A stretch of DNA of 64,000 nt from Octopus vulgaris (lineage: Eukaryota). Made by a program: the position numbers and the translations under genes. A model generated the notes under the pieces. The model had not been told where the DNA came from, made no database searches, and saw only the letters and a list, made by a program, of their open reading frames with translations. Positions 13,337 to 26,295 of this stretch are shown one piece after another (the first letter of the stretch is position 1; every line of letters starts with the position of its first letter). The stretch spans positions 10,850,001 to 10,914,000 of the forward strand of contig OX597817.1 in assembly GCA_951406725.2 (NCBI GenBank). Direction: 5' to 3'.

Positions 13337-13703
13337 ACCAGTGCCGGTGGCACACAAGAAAATCATCCGAACGTGGCCGAGCCTCATCTGGCACCTGTGT
13401 CGGTGGCACATAAAAACACCATCCGAGCGTGGCCGTCTGCCAGCCTCGTCTGGCACCTGTGTCGGTGGCACATAAAAAAAAAAACACCATCCGAGCGTGG
13501 CCGTTCGCCAGCCTCGTCTGGCACCTGTGTCGGTGGCACATAAAATCACCCACTACACTCTCGGAGTGGTTGGCGTTAGGAAGGGCATCCAGCTGTAGAA
13601 ACACTGCCAGATCTGACTGGCCTGGTGCAGCCTTCGGGCTCCCCAGACCCCAGTTGAACCGTCCAACCCATGCTAGCATGGAAAACGGACGCTAAATGAT
13701 GAT
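13337..13703 (+). mobile_element. Retroposon family C with four internal ~60 bp hairpin repeat units
   Basis: GTGYCGGTGGCAC at ~13341, 13397, 13459 and 13527, followed by the common core. Confidence 0.88.
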
Positions 13704-13708
13704 ATATA

Positions 13709-13756
<48 letters not shown>

Positions 13757-14395
13757 AATCATCGTTTTAACATCCACTTTTCTGTCTGCATGGGTCAGAT
13801 GGAATTCATTTAGGCAGATTTCTACAGCTGGATGCTCTTCCTATTGCTGACTCTAACCTGTTTCCAAAGCAGCTAATATTTTCACACAGCTTGACAGGTT
13901 TTCATGAAACATTAGAAATGAATGACACTGCTTGTATGAGAGAGACTCATTTATAGTTGTCATGATATATCGTGATAAGACACATAAACTCCCCTACATG
14001 CACTCCTGTGCACACTTGCATGCACCTAGTGGCCTTTCAATTTCTATCTGATGAATCCACTCATAGATTTAGGCAACCCAACCTTGTGGATGAATTTGGA
14101 AGATAGAAATTTAAAGAAGCCTGGATTTGTGTGTGTGTGTTTGCATGCATGTGCATGTCTTACTCTCCTACCATTGCCATGGCATTAGGTAATGGTTGAA
14201 TATGATGAGCATCACCATCATTAAGCGATGTTTATTCAGTTTTCTGTGAAAAACATGTTTGGGCCTTGAGGAAATAGTACCTTGGAAACAAGTGAAGGTT
14301 GGTGATAGGAAGGGCATCTAGCCAAAGAAAATCTGCTTCAATGGATTCTATCTGCCCCATGCTTGCATAGAAAAGTGAAGGTTAAGATGATGATG
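13757..14395. mobile_element. Two old SINE copies (family A-like body, family C-like tail) head-to-head
   Basis: ~13757-14075 on the - strand and ~14080-14395 on the + strand; each has GGAAACA...GGAAG(G/A)GCATC...(GAT)n. Confidence 0.7.
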
Positions 14396-16940
14396 GGTTT
14401 GTCCAATGCTTTTAAACATTTTTCAGACAATAGGGTAATATCTGAAGGTTGGCTATTTCTTGTAGGTTGAGTAACCCCTGTATAGAAGTTTCCTTCATTT
14501 GTTTTCAGTGGAGTAAGCATGTTCAAGTTAATCCCTGCTTTCCTTTCAAGGATAGCATCCTTATGGTGCAAATGTTACCTTTACATGGGTGTTTGAATGC
14601 TTTCAACATGGGTACCATAACCCTCAGGTCAATGGTCTAATGAATTGTTTTTGTAACTCTAGAAGATGGTGATCTTTTTTTTTTCCAGTAGAAAGATTGG
14701 CTTGCAGCCTGACTTAGTGATTTTTACATGGTGGAATGAGGAAGTGTGTTGGGAAGGAAATTCTGGAGAAATTAATTTTGGGAGAAGTGAAATAGATTGT
14801 GGACCATGATTAAAAATTGTTAGAATGAGTAGGGTTTGGTGGGAAGGTTATATTGAAAGATGATATATGATGAATACCTATATGGTTGGGAAAATTTAAT
14901 TTCTAGATCATTAAGAAGAGATTTAGAGGTGAGGGCTTTTGATAGTAGTTAGTGGTTTATGTAGTAGTGACTTGATAAATGTAGGTGCAAAAGAAGTTTG
15001 TCTTTCATTTAGATGAAATTAAATGATCCAGTGGTGAATATGGGGTGGAAACCTCTGGAGAAAAGTTATAACCAACCTGAAGAATGTGCACCTGTATTAG
15101 ATTTTATGTATTCTACACATCAAGTCAAATTATAATTTTATGTATGTTTTGTTATCAAGTTCTCATGTTGCGGCAAAATACAAACCTTTCTATACAGTCT
15201 TTACTATTATAGTCCAAAGCTTTTGGAAACAAACCAACAAAATAAATTGCTAACAGTTTCCAGTGAAAATGGGGAGAAAGAAAATTGACTGTACATGACA
15301 TATAATTAAATTTTGTATATTTCACATAGTTCAGGTGTGAATTTTGCATGTTTGTATACATAGATATACATGCTTCTTTATTAAAGTGCTTTAAATATTG
15401 GATACACACATGCCTTAATATTGCTTCTTATAGCTCACCATCATAGACTGCTGTTTATTTTTCCTCATTTTCTGGTCTATTTAATTTCATATAGAAACTT
15501 TGATAGTCTTTTTATCACTTTATTTATGGGCACAGCAAACACATTAAGAATTTAAGTTGCCAAATAGAATAGGATTAAGTTTTATTTTGTCTACCTACAT
15601 TTTTCTTTATAAATTCTAACATTTAGCTTTATATACAATTCGTTCATTTTGGTTGTTGTTTAGATCCATACTTTTCATATGCTAGCATAATTGAAATTAT
15701 TTTCATTCTTTTGGTAATTGTTTTTCTAGCTGGATGCTCATTGTAAATTTGTGTGAAGGATTGCACTTGTCTATCAGCCTAGTTATGCAGAATGAGAGCA
15801 CACTCCAATGGTTGTGATCATGTGATTAGGAACTCACCACCTCACTACACTGAACTGATAGTTCGTTTTAGAGTACATCAAAAGGCAAACTAATAATGTA
15901 TTTTGAAAGATTGTGCAAAATAAGCACCTGTTGGCACTATGCTGTCTAAAGAAAGAAAAGAAAAAAAGAAATAGAAATTCTTTCCATTTTTCTTCAGTAT
16001 TGATTTCTTGCATAGAGCAGATGGACCCAGATTTGAAGGCAAAGAGAATTGAGGTTGTGTAACATTCGTACCATTTACAAAATTCTTATCAACAGAAGTG
16101 TAGTCATAATAGAAGAGAAATTTGCAACTCCTTTCACCCAATGTTTATTTCTGCTGGGGATAAAAATGCCATTGTTTTTTGTTGCTAAAATCTTTCATCT
16201 ATTATCTTGTGATACTAATATTCTATTCACAAGGTTGTTAGGTGACCTTAAACTATAGAATATCATAGTGTCATTTTAACAAATGAACTGAATTTGTAAA
16301 CAAGCTAGAATAATCTGTAACTCAATTGGTTCTGTGTCAGGCTACGCAATATGAATTTACTACTGTGACTACTACTACTAATTTAGCTACAACTACTACA
16401 ATAATTGAAATTAGAAAGTAGAGTAATTTCATCCAATTAATCAACTAGCTATTGCATTTGAGAGGCTTGTCTAGCTTCAAAGCACGCAAAGACTAAATAA
16501 TTGAATTGAATCGAGCTATCGCACTAGTGTAATGTAGAAAAAGAAAAATGCAGAAAAATGTCAACATTTCTGGACATCTATGGTAGCATCTGAGTAAACT
16601 CTGTACAGTGTATGTATGTGTGTGTGTGTGTGTTTCAGTATATTACTTGGCATGTGGGAGAAACAATCTCTGATATGAATGCCAAGATGGTTGAACAGAT
16701 GGTAGAAATTCAGAATAGCTGCTACATCTTAGAATCTGGTTTTTCTGTTTGTAAAACTCACTTTAAATCTTATGATTTACCTTTTTTTTTTTTTTTTTTT
16801 TTTTTAATCTCCCCACGAAAGGTAAAATGGACTAATAATTACCTGGGATCAATATAACTGATTATATTCCCTACTCTTACAAAATCACAAATGTTTAACC
16901 CCAGGTCAAGCTTGATTGAGAAAACTTATGATTAATGGTA

Positions 16941-17180
16941 TACTCTTTACTCTTTTACTTGTTTCAGTCATTTGACTGCGGCCATGCTGGAGCACCGCCT
17001 TTAGTCGAGCAAATCGACCCCAGGACTTATTCTTTGTGAACCCAGTACTTATTCTATCAGTCTCTTTTGCCGAACCACTAAGTGACGGGGACGTAAACAC
17101 ACCAGCATCGGTTGTCAAGCAATGTTAGGGGAACAAACAGACACACAAACACATACACATACTTATATGTATATACGTAT
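16941..17180 (-). mobile_element. SINE family A, 3' half only
   Basis: Tail and 3' body present; similarity ends in the internal microsatellite. Confidence 0.85.
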
Positions 17181-17809
17181 ATAAGCCATTACCATCTTAT
17201 CTCGTAGTGGAATGGGAGAGAGTATCTCATCCTTTTTTATAAGACAGTGGGGTCTGATTTGAGAGAGATACTGTATTTCCATTAAGTTAAGTGATTGTGG
17301 ACTGGTTCCATTATGAGCAAGAAATTAGGTTTTCAGTATAAACAGCAATGCTAGAATAGATTCTTTATTGTTGGAGTTATTTTGTACTTCAATGTTAATA
17401 TTTGTATTAATAAAATACACATGAATTGGCTGATCAACTGTGGTTTGTTTTACAAGAATTCAGTGAAACAATAACAGACATGTTACACTGTATGATCACA
17501 ACTGTATCAATTGCATATATTTGAGAGAATTCTGCCTCTTTTTCAGACTCTATAGTAATTAAATGAAAATAAAGTTAGTGGCCTAGATAATGAGAAGGTT
17601 GCTTGCATGGCAAAACAAAAATTGTAGAATTGTCAGAGCATTGAACAAAATGCCTGTATATTTACATAAACTATGTAGACATAAAGCTTACTGAAAGTGA
17701 CTTTATCTTACTGACCCTAGAAGGATAAATGGTAAAGTTACAGCTAAGTACCAGGTGTTTGATTAAATACTTTTATGAATGTGAATGGAATTATAATAGG
17801 TCAAGTTAG

Positions 17810-18180
17810 TTGTAAGTATAGTTGTATGATTGAGAAACTTGCTTCTAAACCATACTGTTTTGGGTTCAGTCCCACTGCATAGCACCTTAGGCAAGTGTCT
17901 TCTATGGCCTTGGGCCAACTAAATCCTTGAGTGGATTTGGTAGATGGAAACTAAAAGAAGGTAATTGTGTGTGTGTTGTATATGTGTGCCTTTGTCTTGA
18001 CATGGTTGCAAACAAGTATTGTTGTACAAGCAATGTTAGTTTCCAGTCATCTGTGAAAAACATGCCTGACCATTGGGGAATATTGTCTTGCTTGGAAACA
18101 AGTGAGGTTTGGCGACAGGATTGGGTTAGAAATTCTGTCTGACCTATGCATGTATGAAAAAGTGAATGTTAAAATGATAG
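17810..18180 (+). mobile_element. Old SINE with family A head and family C-like tail
   Basis: GGTTCAGTCCCACTG...GGCAAGTGTCTTCT head, then CTTGGAAACAAGTGAGGTTTGGCGACAGGA and a GTTAAAATGAT end. Confidence 0.72.
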
Positions 18181-18976
18181 CAATAAAAAGGTAACCTTTT
18201 GAAAAATATACCTTGTCTTAATTTTTTTTCTCTCTTTTGTAATTCTAAATCTACCTTACTTTTTTCAATTTGTGTCTAATAGCTATTTTTATTGATATTT
18301 TGGTCAGCTGATTTTCATCCAAGTAAACTTAGGTAGGAGTGGAGTCATGTGCTCTGGAAATGTGTGTGTGTGTGTGGGTACGACTTACCAAACTTGCTAG
18401 TAGTTTAGCCTACACTCTATTTATAAGAAGTTTTACCGGCTTTTTTTCGACAAATACTGTAGTTGTGTGTGTGTGTGTGTGTGTGTGTGCCAGCACCACA
18501 GTTTAAGCATAACAAATAGCTGCAGTAACCCAATTCTAATTATATTTAAATATTTTCCCTATTGCTGTTGTACAGCTAGTGTTTGTATGGCTGCTGAAAG
18601 TGCTATCTCTCAGGAATGATTCCTCTTTGGCTTATACTGGTGCCTCTCTATGAATTTGGCAGAAATACTAAGTATGCTGTAATCATGTATAAAATAAATA
18701 AAAACCGGGGGTGGATAACACCCTACCCAAAATGCAACTGAGGTATACTCAAAATAAATTTCCTTTAGTACACATCTCCAGAAACCTGTGACTGTTTTCT
18801 AAACGTGTTCTTGGAGTTGAAGGTTTTTGTGTGAATGACCTGTGGGTGTGTTTAGTATCTTAGCTGTTTTACTGCTAGCCGCCTCCACATCTGAGTGTAA
18901 TTGCTTCCTTTTTTCTCTCTCCACATTCTAATCTCTTGATTTTCTTAGAAATACTTACTCAACTAAATCCCCTCTT

Positions 18977-19042
18977 CCTTCATACAACTAGCATTCTCGT
19001 GACGGATAACCTTCATACAACTAGCGTTCTCTTGGTGGATAA
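18977..19042. repeat. 33 bp tandem duplication in unique sequence
   Basis: CCTTCATACAACTAGCATTCTCGTGACGGATAA followed by CCTTCATACAACTAGCGTTCTCTTGGTGGATAA. Confidence 0.9.
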
Positions 19043-19447
19043 TGAAGAGCCAAAAAGGATGGCTACCGACAGGGAGTGGAGAGACAAACTCTTCTCTACC
19101 CAGAAGGTGTGGTGGTGTCTGTAAGAGTTTCTACTCGTAGCTTCTTTTGATTCATAGATTATTTATGATTAACCCTTGTTGGTTTATTAACTTTCATACA
19201 AAGGTTCCATGCTTTACAGGGGATCTGTCTAATGGATATTTGAAGTTCATATCTTTTCCCCAATAGAACAGCATATGTGAATTGACTGTAAAAAGGCAAC
19301 TAAGCAGTGGTTAAAAAAAAAAAAAATTATTACATTGGCACATAGATTTATTTCAAAGAGTGAAAGGGGTTAATTTATCAAATTATTCACTAGTAGATCG
19401 TTAGCTTTATTTTATCAATTCATCCAGACAGGATTTGAACTTGGAGC

Positions 19448-19697
19448 TTAACCCTTTCGTTACTGTATTTATTTTGAGATGCTCTGTATTTCTTTCAATT
19501 ACTTTAAATATAACGATGATGATGATGATGATAACAAAGAATTTACTAAAATAACTTAGTCATCATTCAGCTGGTGTTAGGAACATAAATTGTGACTAAG
19601 GTTTGGTGTAAGATTTTAATTCAAAATTTATGAAAGCAAGACCATTTGTACTCAGAGCCAGAGCCGGTTTCAGCCGGGTTAGTAACGAAAGGGTTAA
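19448..19697. mobile_element. MITE family E, piggyBac-type
   Basis: TTAA-CCCTTTCGTTACT...AGTAACGAAAGGG-TTAA. Confidence 0.88.
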
Positions 19698-20160
19698 ACA
19701 GAAAAAATATATTGTAAGGCTGTATCACTTCTGCCATATCACTGATTCAATTTTTTTGTAAATATTGCCAATACAATACATACTTTAGTGCACAAGAAGT
19801 GTTGGATTGCTATCATTCTGTTTGAAATGTATCTGTAGCCTTTTGTGTAACTTTTGGCTTCACTGATTTCATATATTGAGTTGTTTATATTATTTTTGAC
19901 AATCAAGCAAGACTACATTCCAATTTCTATTTGGTTGTGTAGTAATCCTGGCTACTATCAAGCACATAACCTTTAACTTTGCCTATCTTTTGATATATAT
20001 ACTTTTTTTCTTCTTACTTTTGAATCATTTTCATCTGATTTTCTGGCTTGCAGTATATTAAGTTCTCTAAAGAATTTCCAGTTAGAAATAAGTTATTTTG
20101 CTAAATTTTTTGTTATATTTAAAATTAATTGAAAGAAACATGGAGTATCTCAACAGGGTT

Positions 20161-20355
20161 AGTCTTTTATTTGTTTCAGTCACTTGACTGCGGCCATGCT
20201 GGAGCACCACCTTTAGTCCTTATGGATTTATTCTTTGTACTTATTCTATCGGTCTCTTTTGCCGAACTGCTAAGTTACGGGGATGTAAACACCAGCATCG
20301 GTTGTCAAGCGATGTTGCGGGGGACAGACACAAACATATACGCACACACACACAC

Positions 20356-20401
<46 letters not shown>

Positions 20402-20532
20402 GATGGGCTTCTTTCAGTTTCCATCTACCAAATCCACTCACAAGGCTTTGGTCAGCCCAAGGTGCCATGTAGTGGGACTGAACCTGGAACCATGTCGTTC
20501 GTAAGCAAGCTACTTACCACACAGCCACTCCT
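20161..20532 (-). mobile_element. SINE family A (internal deletions)
   Basis: Similarity to the other copies. Confidence 0.85.
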
Positions 20533-20947
20533 ATGTACATTTAAAGAGAAAAAATTTTTTTGCTGTTTATTGGTCATATTCATGTTATCATTTTTTAATC
20601 AGTTGTTAGCTTTAAGAATGTGCTTAATTATATTTTCTATATAAACTTGCAGTAATGATCAGAAATTCATATAATTTCTATTTTCTATGAAAACATTACT
20701 TTAAAGAAATAAACTCGGTTAAAACACAAAGAGGATAGTTAATGTTAATATTTAATGTACTGATCATGAAATGTTAGAAATAATTATGCTATGAGTAAAT
20801 GTCAACATTAGTTCCATAATATCTAAGTATTTTGGCGCAAATAGTAAAACGACTCTGAACATATTTTCGCTTTATTAAACCTCATTAGCAAAGCATAAAC
20901 TTAATTATATATTTACTGTAGTAGTGATGAGAGAACCACCAAGTATA

Positions 20948-21159
20948 TACTCTTTTACTTGTTTCAGTCATTTGACTGCGGCCATGCTGGAGCACCGCCT
21001 TTAATCGAGCAAATCAACCCCGGGACTTATTCTTTGTAAGCCCAGTACTTATTCTATCGGTCTCTTTTGCCGAACCGCTAAGTGACGGGGACGTAAACAC
21101 ACACCAGCATCGGTTGTCAAGCAATGCTAGGGGGACAAACACAGACACACACACATATA

Positions 21160-21220
<61 letters not shown>

Positions 21221-21382
21221 GACAGGCTTCTTTCAGTTTCCGTCTACCAAATCCACTCACAAGGCATTGGTCGGCCCGGGGCTATAGCAGAAGACACTTG
21301 CCCAAGATGCCACGCAGTGGGATTGAACCCAGAACCATGTGGTTGGTTAGCAAGCTACTTACCACACAGCCGCTCCTGCGCC
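20948..21382 (-). mobile_element. SINE family A (full length, long TA tract)
   Basis: Similarity to the other copies. Confidence 0.9.
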
Positions 21383-21509
21383 TATATGTACAGTATTGTG
21401 AGATGGTGTGAAAAATTATATTTAAAACATAACAAAAAAATTACTGCGGTTATCTACTTAGATTACTATCCATACTCAAGTCCGTATTAGTATACTGAAT
21501 GCATTCAGA

Positions 21510-21738
21510 TTAACCCTTTAGTGTTCACATTATTCTACCAAAATTAATGCTTTTCCATCCACATTGTTTTGAACTAATCATGCATCATCTTGTAGCTATG
21601 AGATTTTGATGAGGTAGCTGTTAATTTTTAAAACGATATTGTAGGGTTGGTCTGAGAGACCAGATCTGGCCAGTTTGAACATAAAACAGGCAGAATACTT
21701 CTGGCCGGATGTGGCCGGTTTAAATGCTAAAGGGTTAA
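21510..21738. mobile_element. MITE family D (opposite orientation)
   Basis: Same TIRs and TTAA flanks. Confidence 0.88.
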
Positions 21739-22004
21739 AAGCGAAATTGGAAATAACTTGGTAATAGAGAATGAGAACTGCTAGTTCGTCTTGAGAATTC
21801 CAGCCCAGGAAATGACGAACATCATTAGTGCTTGATGACCGTCTTTAGCATGGCATGTGGCATTGTTAGTAACAAGCCAAAATTGCATATTGTCTTTCAC
21901 TTAGCATATTACTTTTTTCTTTCATTCTTCTGTAATTGTTTTCTCTTGTCTTGATGATACTCAAAATATAGTTTCAATTACAACAAGTGTTTACTGTTTT
22001 CAGA

Positions 22005-22505
22005 TACTCTTACTCTTTTACTCTTTTACTTGTTTCAGTCATTTGACTGTGGCCATGCTGGAGCACCGCCTTTAATCGAGCAACTCGACCTACTCTCTTT
22101 ACTCTTTTACTCTTTTACTTGTTTCAGTCATTTGACTGCGGCCATGCTGGAGCACCGCCTTTAATCGAGCAATTCGACCCTGGAACTTATTCTTTTGTAA
22201 GCCCAGTACTTATTCTATCGGCCTCTTTTGCCGAACCGCTAAGTAACGGGGACATAAACACACCAGCATCGGTTGTCAAGCAATGCTAGGGGGACAAACA
22301 CAGACACACAAACATACACACTTATATATATATACATATATACGAAAGGCTTCTTTCAGTTTCCGTCTACCAAATCCACTCACAAGGCGTTGGTCGGCCC
22401 GAGGCTATAGTAGAAGACACTTTCCCAAGGTGCCACGCAGTGGGACTGAACCCGGAACCATATGGTTGGTAGACAAGCTACTTACCACACAGCCACTCCT
22501 GTGCC
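22005..22505 (-). mobile_element. SINE family A full copy (~22092-22505) plus an adjacent ~85 bp tail-only copy (~22005-22090)
   Basis: The tail sequence ACTCTTTTACTTGTTTCAGTCATTTGACTG...CTCGACC occurs twice in tandem. Confidence 0.88.
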
Positions 22506-23278
22506 TATAAATGATAGCTTTTATTATTATTTTTTTTAACAGATGTAAATTTCTGCTCTTCAATCAATGTTTATATTTTGTTGGTTAGGTTTGTGTTATT
22601 TCTAGTGTCCACTTCCCCAATTAATTTAACAATCTACTCTAGATTACTAATTGATATTGTTTTCTGATTATTTTTCTTGAAACATTCTGAAGCGCCATTC
22701 TGAAGAGCTGTAATGACTAACCTTTACAGAATGTCTTAGAATGGAGAGGTAGAGATATAGTGGAAATAAGTATTTGGTATGGATGATGGAATTGTTTAGT
22801 TTAATCCCATATAAAGTCAGTTGTTGAATGGGAAACATACTAGTGGGGGAGTGTCTAAGAGCTGTTGTCGTGGAGAGAAAAGATTAGGTAAAAATCTTAG
22901 TACAATGTTATTTGAGATAACAGTTCATAGGAAGTGAAAAGAGGTGGGTGTGTGAATTACAATCACTCTAGTATTACTGTTACAATATGTTATGGTTGAT
23001 TTCACTATTTGGAATGATTACATTCCAAGTTTTTGTGAATGATGCCATGCTGAGCACCTTTGGCTACTAGTCATGCCAATCCTCTAATACTCTGACCACA
23101 CCAAATTTATCACATTTCCTATCCTTTCTTCTGATGTCATTGCTACAAAGAAAAGGAGGAAAAGTGAGAATTCTTTTCCGTTTTACTATATGAACTGTAA
23201 AATGCACTGAACATTTAATTATATTTATTTCCTTCAAGAAAAGTCAATTTCATTGGCAGTGTTCAAAACTGGTTAGAA

Positions 23279-23705
23279 AGTCGATGCCTGCCCCCTCACC
23301 CTGACTGGCTCCTGTGCCAGTGACACATAAAAAGCACTATTCGAATGTGGTCAATGCCGGCCCCCTCGCCTTGATGAGCTCTTGTGCTGGTGGCACATAA
23401 AAGACACCATCCGAATGTAGCTGATGTCAGCGCCACCTGACTGGCTCCCATGCCAGTGACATGCAAAAAGCACCATCTGAACGTGACCAATGCCAGCCCC
23501 TCACCCCAACTGGCTCCTGTGCCGGTGGCACGTAAAAAGCACCCACTGCACTCTCGGAGTGGCTGGCATTAGGAAGGGCATCCAGCTGTTGAAACATTGC
23601 CAGATCAGATTGGAGCCTGGTGCAGCCTCCTGGCTTGCTAGACCTCAGTCAAACTATCCAACCCATGCCAGCATAGAAAATGGATGTTAAACGATGATGA
23701 TGATT
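23279..23705 (+). mobile_element. Retroposon family C, diverged, four repeat units
   Basis: Same architecture as other copies. Confidence 0.82.
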
Positions 23706-23847
23706 ATGGGGAAATGAAAATTAATATGGAAAAAATACTGGTGCAGTGTATTCCAATTGGAGTGATAATGGGACAAGCAGCCTCAGTAGAATAACAGTTA
23801 TGAAGTTCATTGTTAATGCTTGTCTTCTAAACTGAATATTAAACGCT

Positions 23848-24235
23848 TACTCTTTTACTTGTTTCAGTCATTTGACTGCAGCCATGCTGGAGCACCGCCT
23901 TTAGTCGAGCAAGTCGACACCGGCACCTATTCTTTGTAAGCCCAGTACTTATTCTATCGGTCTCTTTTGCCGAACCGCTAATTGACGGGGACGTAAACAC
24001 ACCAGCATCGGTTGTCAAGCAATGCTAGGGGGACAAACAGACACACACACACACATATATATACACATACATATATACGACGGGCTTCTTTCAGTTTCCG
24101 TCTACCAAATCCACTCACAAGGCTTTGGTCGGCCCGAAGCTATAGTAGAAGACACTTGCCCAAGGTACCACGCAGTGGGACTGAACCCGGAACCATGTGG
24201 TTGGTTAGCAAGCTACTTACCACACAGCCACTCCT
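23848..24235 (-). mobile_element. SINE family A (full length)
   Basis: Similarity to the other copies. Confidence 0.9.
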
Positions 24236-25947
24236 ACTTTGTAGATTTTGGCAATCTTTGATACAAGCTGACCGAAATGCATGCTGTAAGAGCTTGTCAT
24301 ATTTTGATGACATCATATACAGATGGATATGAGTGTATAGATGAAATGAGAAAAAGTGCTTATATGTTCTTGTGGTTTATACACCTTCAGTTTTACATAT
24401 ATATTCATTCAGGCATACTAATGTGCATAACATTGAAATAAAAAGCCCCAAAATGTAGGTTCTTAATTTTTATACCAAATAAATGTGTATTGAAGCAATG
24501 TTGCTCATTGTTCTTGTTTACTATTTATGTTTTCACTTTATATAATGTATTATAAGTTCAAATTCTGCTACAGAATTTGTTACATAATCTCTTTGATAAG
24601 ACATGTTTTGAAGTTTTTCAATACACAAATAGAAATAGGTGTCAGGTTATAATATGCCAACCTTGTGGATGGCATAAGGTCATGCTATCACTGTTTGTGA
24701 AGCAGTCACTACCAAAACACTAATTAGTTAGCCTCTGATATTAACTTTTACTTGATCTAGTCAAGTATATTTTTTGATCAATCATTTTGCCTATATCTAT
24801 TCTGTCTTTAAGGATATATCTAAGATGGCAATTAGCCAGTGTCCATTTGTTATTTATGATGGTAGGGTGTTATTTAAAATTTTACTGCTATTTCTAGCAA
24901 GTCAAACACCCCAGAAGTTCTCATCTGGTGTCCTTTTGATGTTTAAAACTCTGCTCTTGTATTGAATTGACTTCAGTCATGCACATTTCCTATATCTTTG
25001 TCTATTGTCGGTAATATTGATTTTTAGCATTGGAACAAGGCCACATTTTGGAGATGGGGGACAGTTGGTTAAATTGATTCCAGTATTTGAGGGCTACCTT
25101 ATTTCATTAACACAGGAAAAGATGAACGGCAGAGTTGACCATGGGAGGATTTGAACTCAGAACAGAACGATCTGTGACTAAATACCTCAAAGCATTTTGT
25201 CCAGTTTGCTGACATGTCTGTCAAGTCATTTGCTGTTAACAACAAAGATCTCATGTCTGAAAATAGTATTTCTTGAAATAGCTCAATCTGCCAGCATAGG
25301 AGCACTGCTAAGCAACTACAAGTGTGTCTTAAAACCACACTTTTCTTCAATTTATTCTTAGATTTTTTTTTTTGTTTTGTTGATGATGATTATGTTAGTG
25401 ACTGCCTCTGTACTAATCATTAATTTCTAGTTAGTAATTTGAGGATTTTATTCACAGATCCTTTGAAATGTATTTCATTCACACTTTCACCTAACATATT
25501 AAATAAAGCCAACAAAACAGACATTTCTGTCTTAAGTACGCTAATGTAGAGTAGGACTGTATTTATAAAAGATATCTGTACTGAAGAGCATCACTGTCTC
25601 ACTCGTCTTTCCCCCCATACATTTACTAATATCTTTTACACACATACACCCCACAAACATTTTGGTTATGGGTATGGTTGTTAAAAAGTTAATTCCACTA
25701 ATTCACTTGATATTTTTGCAGTTCCATGGTAGTCTGGCTTACTGACTGATAAAAAGGGTGGGGAAGATGTTTATTCACGCTTCAATAACTCTCCTCACTA
25801 CATTCTCCCTTTACTTGCTATCCACATATTAAACTTGCTAGAAATGTTAAACATTTCAATTTAATGTTTTTAATTTTTTTTAAAATTTTTATTAATTACT
25901 AATTAAATTATTGCTGAAAAATTAATGTAATTTATCTTTACCATCAC

Positions 25948-26295
25948 AGTGGCTGCATGGTAAGAAATTTGCTTCCCAGCCACATGGTTCTGGGTTCAGT
26001 CCCACTGTGTGGTGCTTTAGGCAAGTGTCTTCTATATCCTTGGGCTGACCAAGGCCTTGTGAGTGGATCTGGTAGATGGAAACTGAAAGAAGTCTATTTT
26101 GTGTGTGTGTGTGTGTGTCCTTCCATTTGTCCCCCTCCTTGACAACAGGTGTTTGTGTGTTTACATACTGTAACTTAGCATTTTGACAAAGTGACCAATA
26201 ATAAATAAGTGCCAGGCTTTGCAAAAAAATGACTGCTGGGGTTGATTTATTTGACTAAAAATTCTTCAAGGCAGTCCAGTGACTGAAATGAGTAA
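25948..26295 (+). mobile_element. SINE family A, old diverged copy
   Basis: GGTTCAGTCCCACTG head and GACTGAAA tail, with many substitutions. Confidence 0.75.

Noticed and set aside
13337-13545. CRISPR-like array (palindromic GTGYCGGTGGCAC repeats with ~45 bp spacers; also 32610-32790)
   Set aside because: The spacers are copies of each other, the array is part of a dispersed retroposon, the context is eukaryotic and there are no cas genes.
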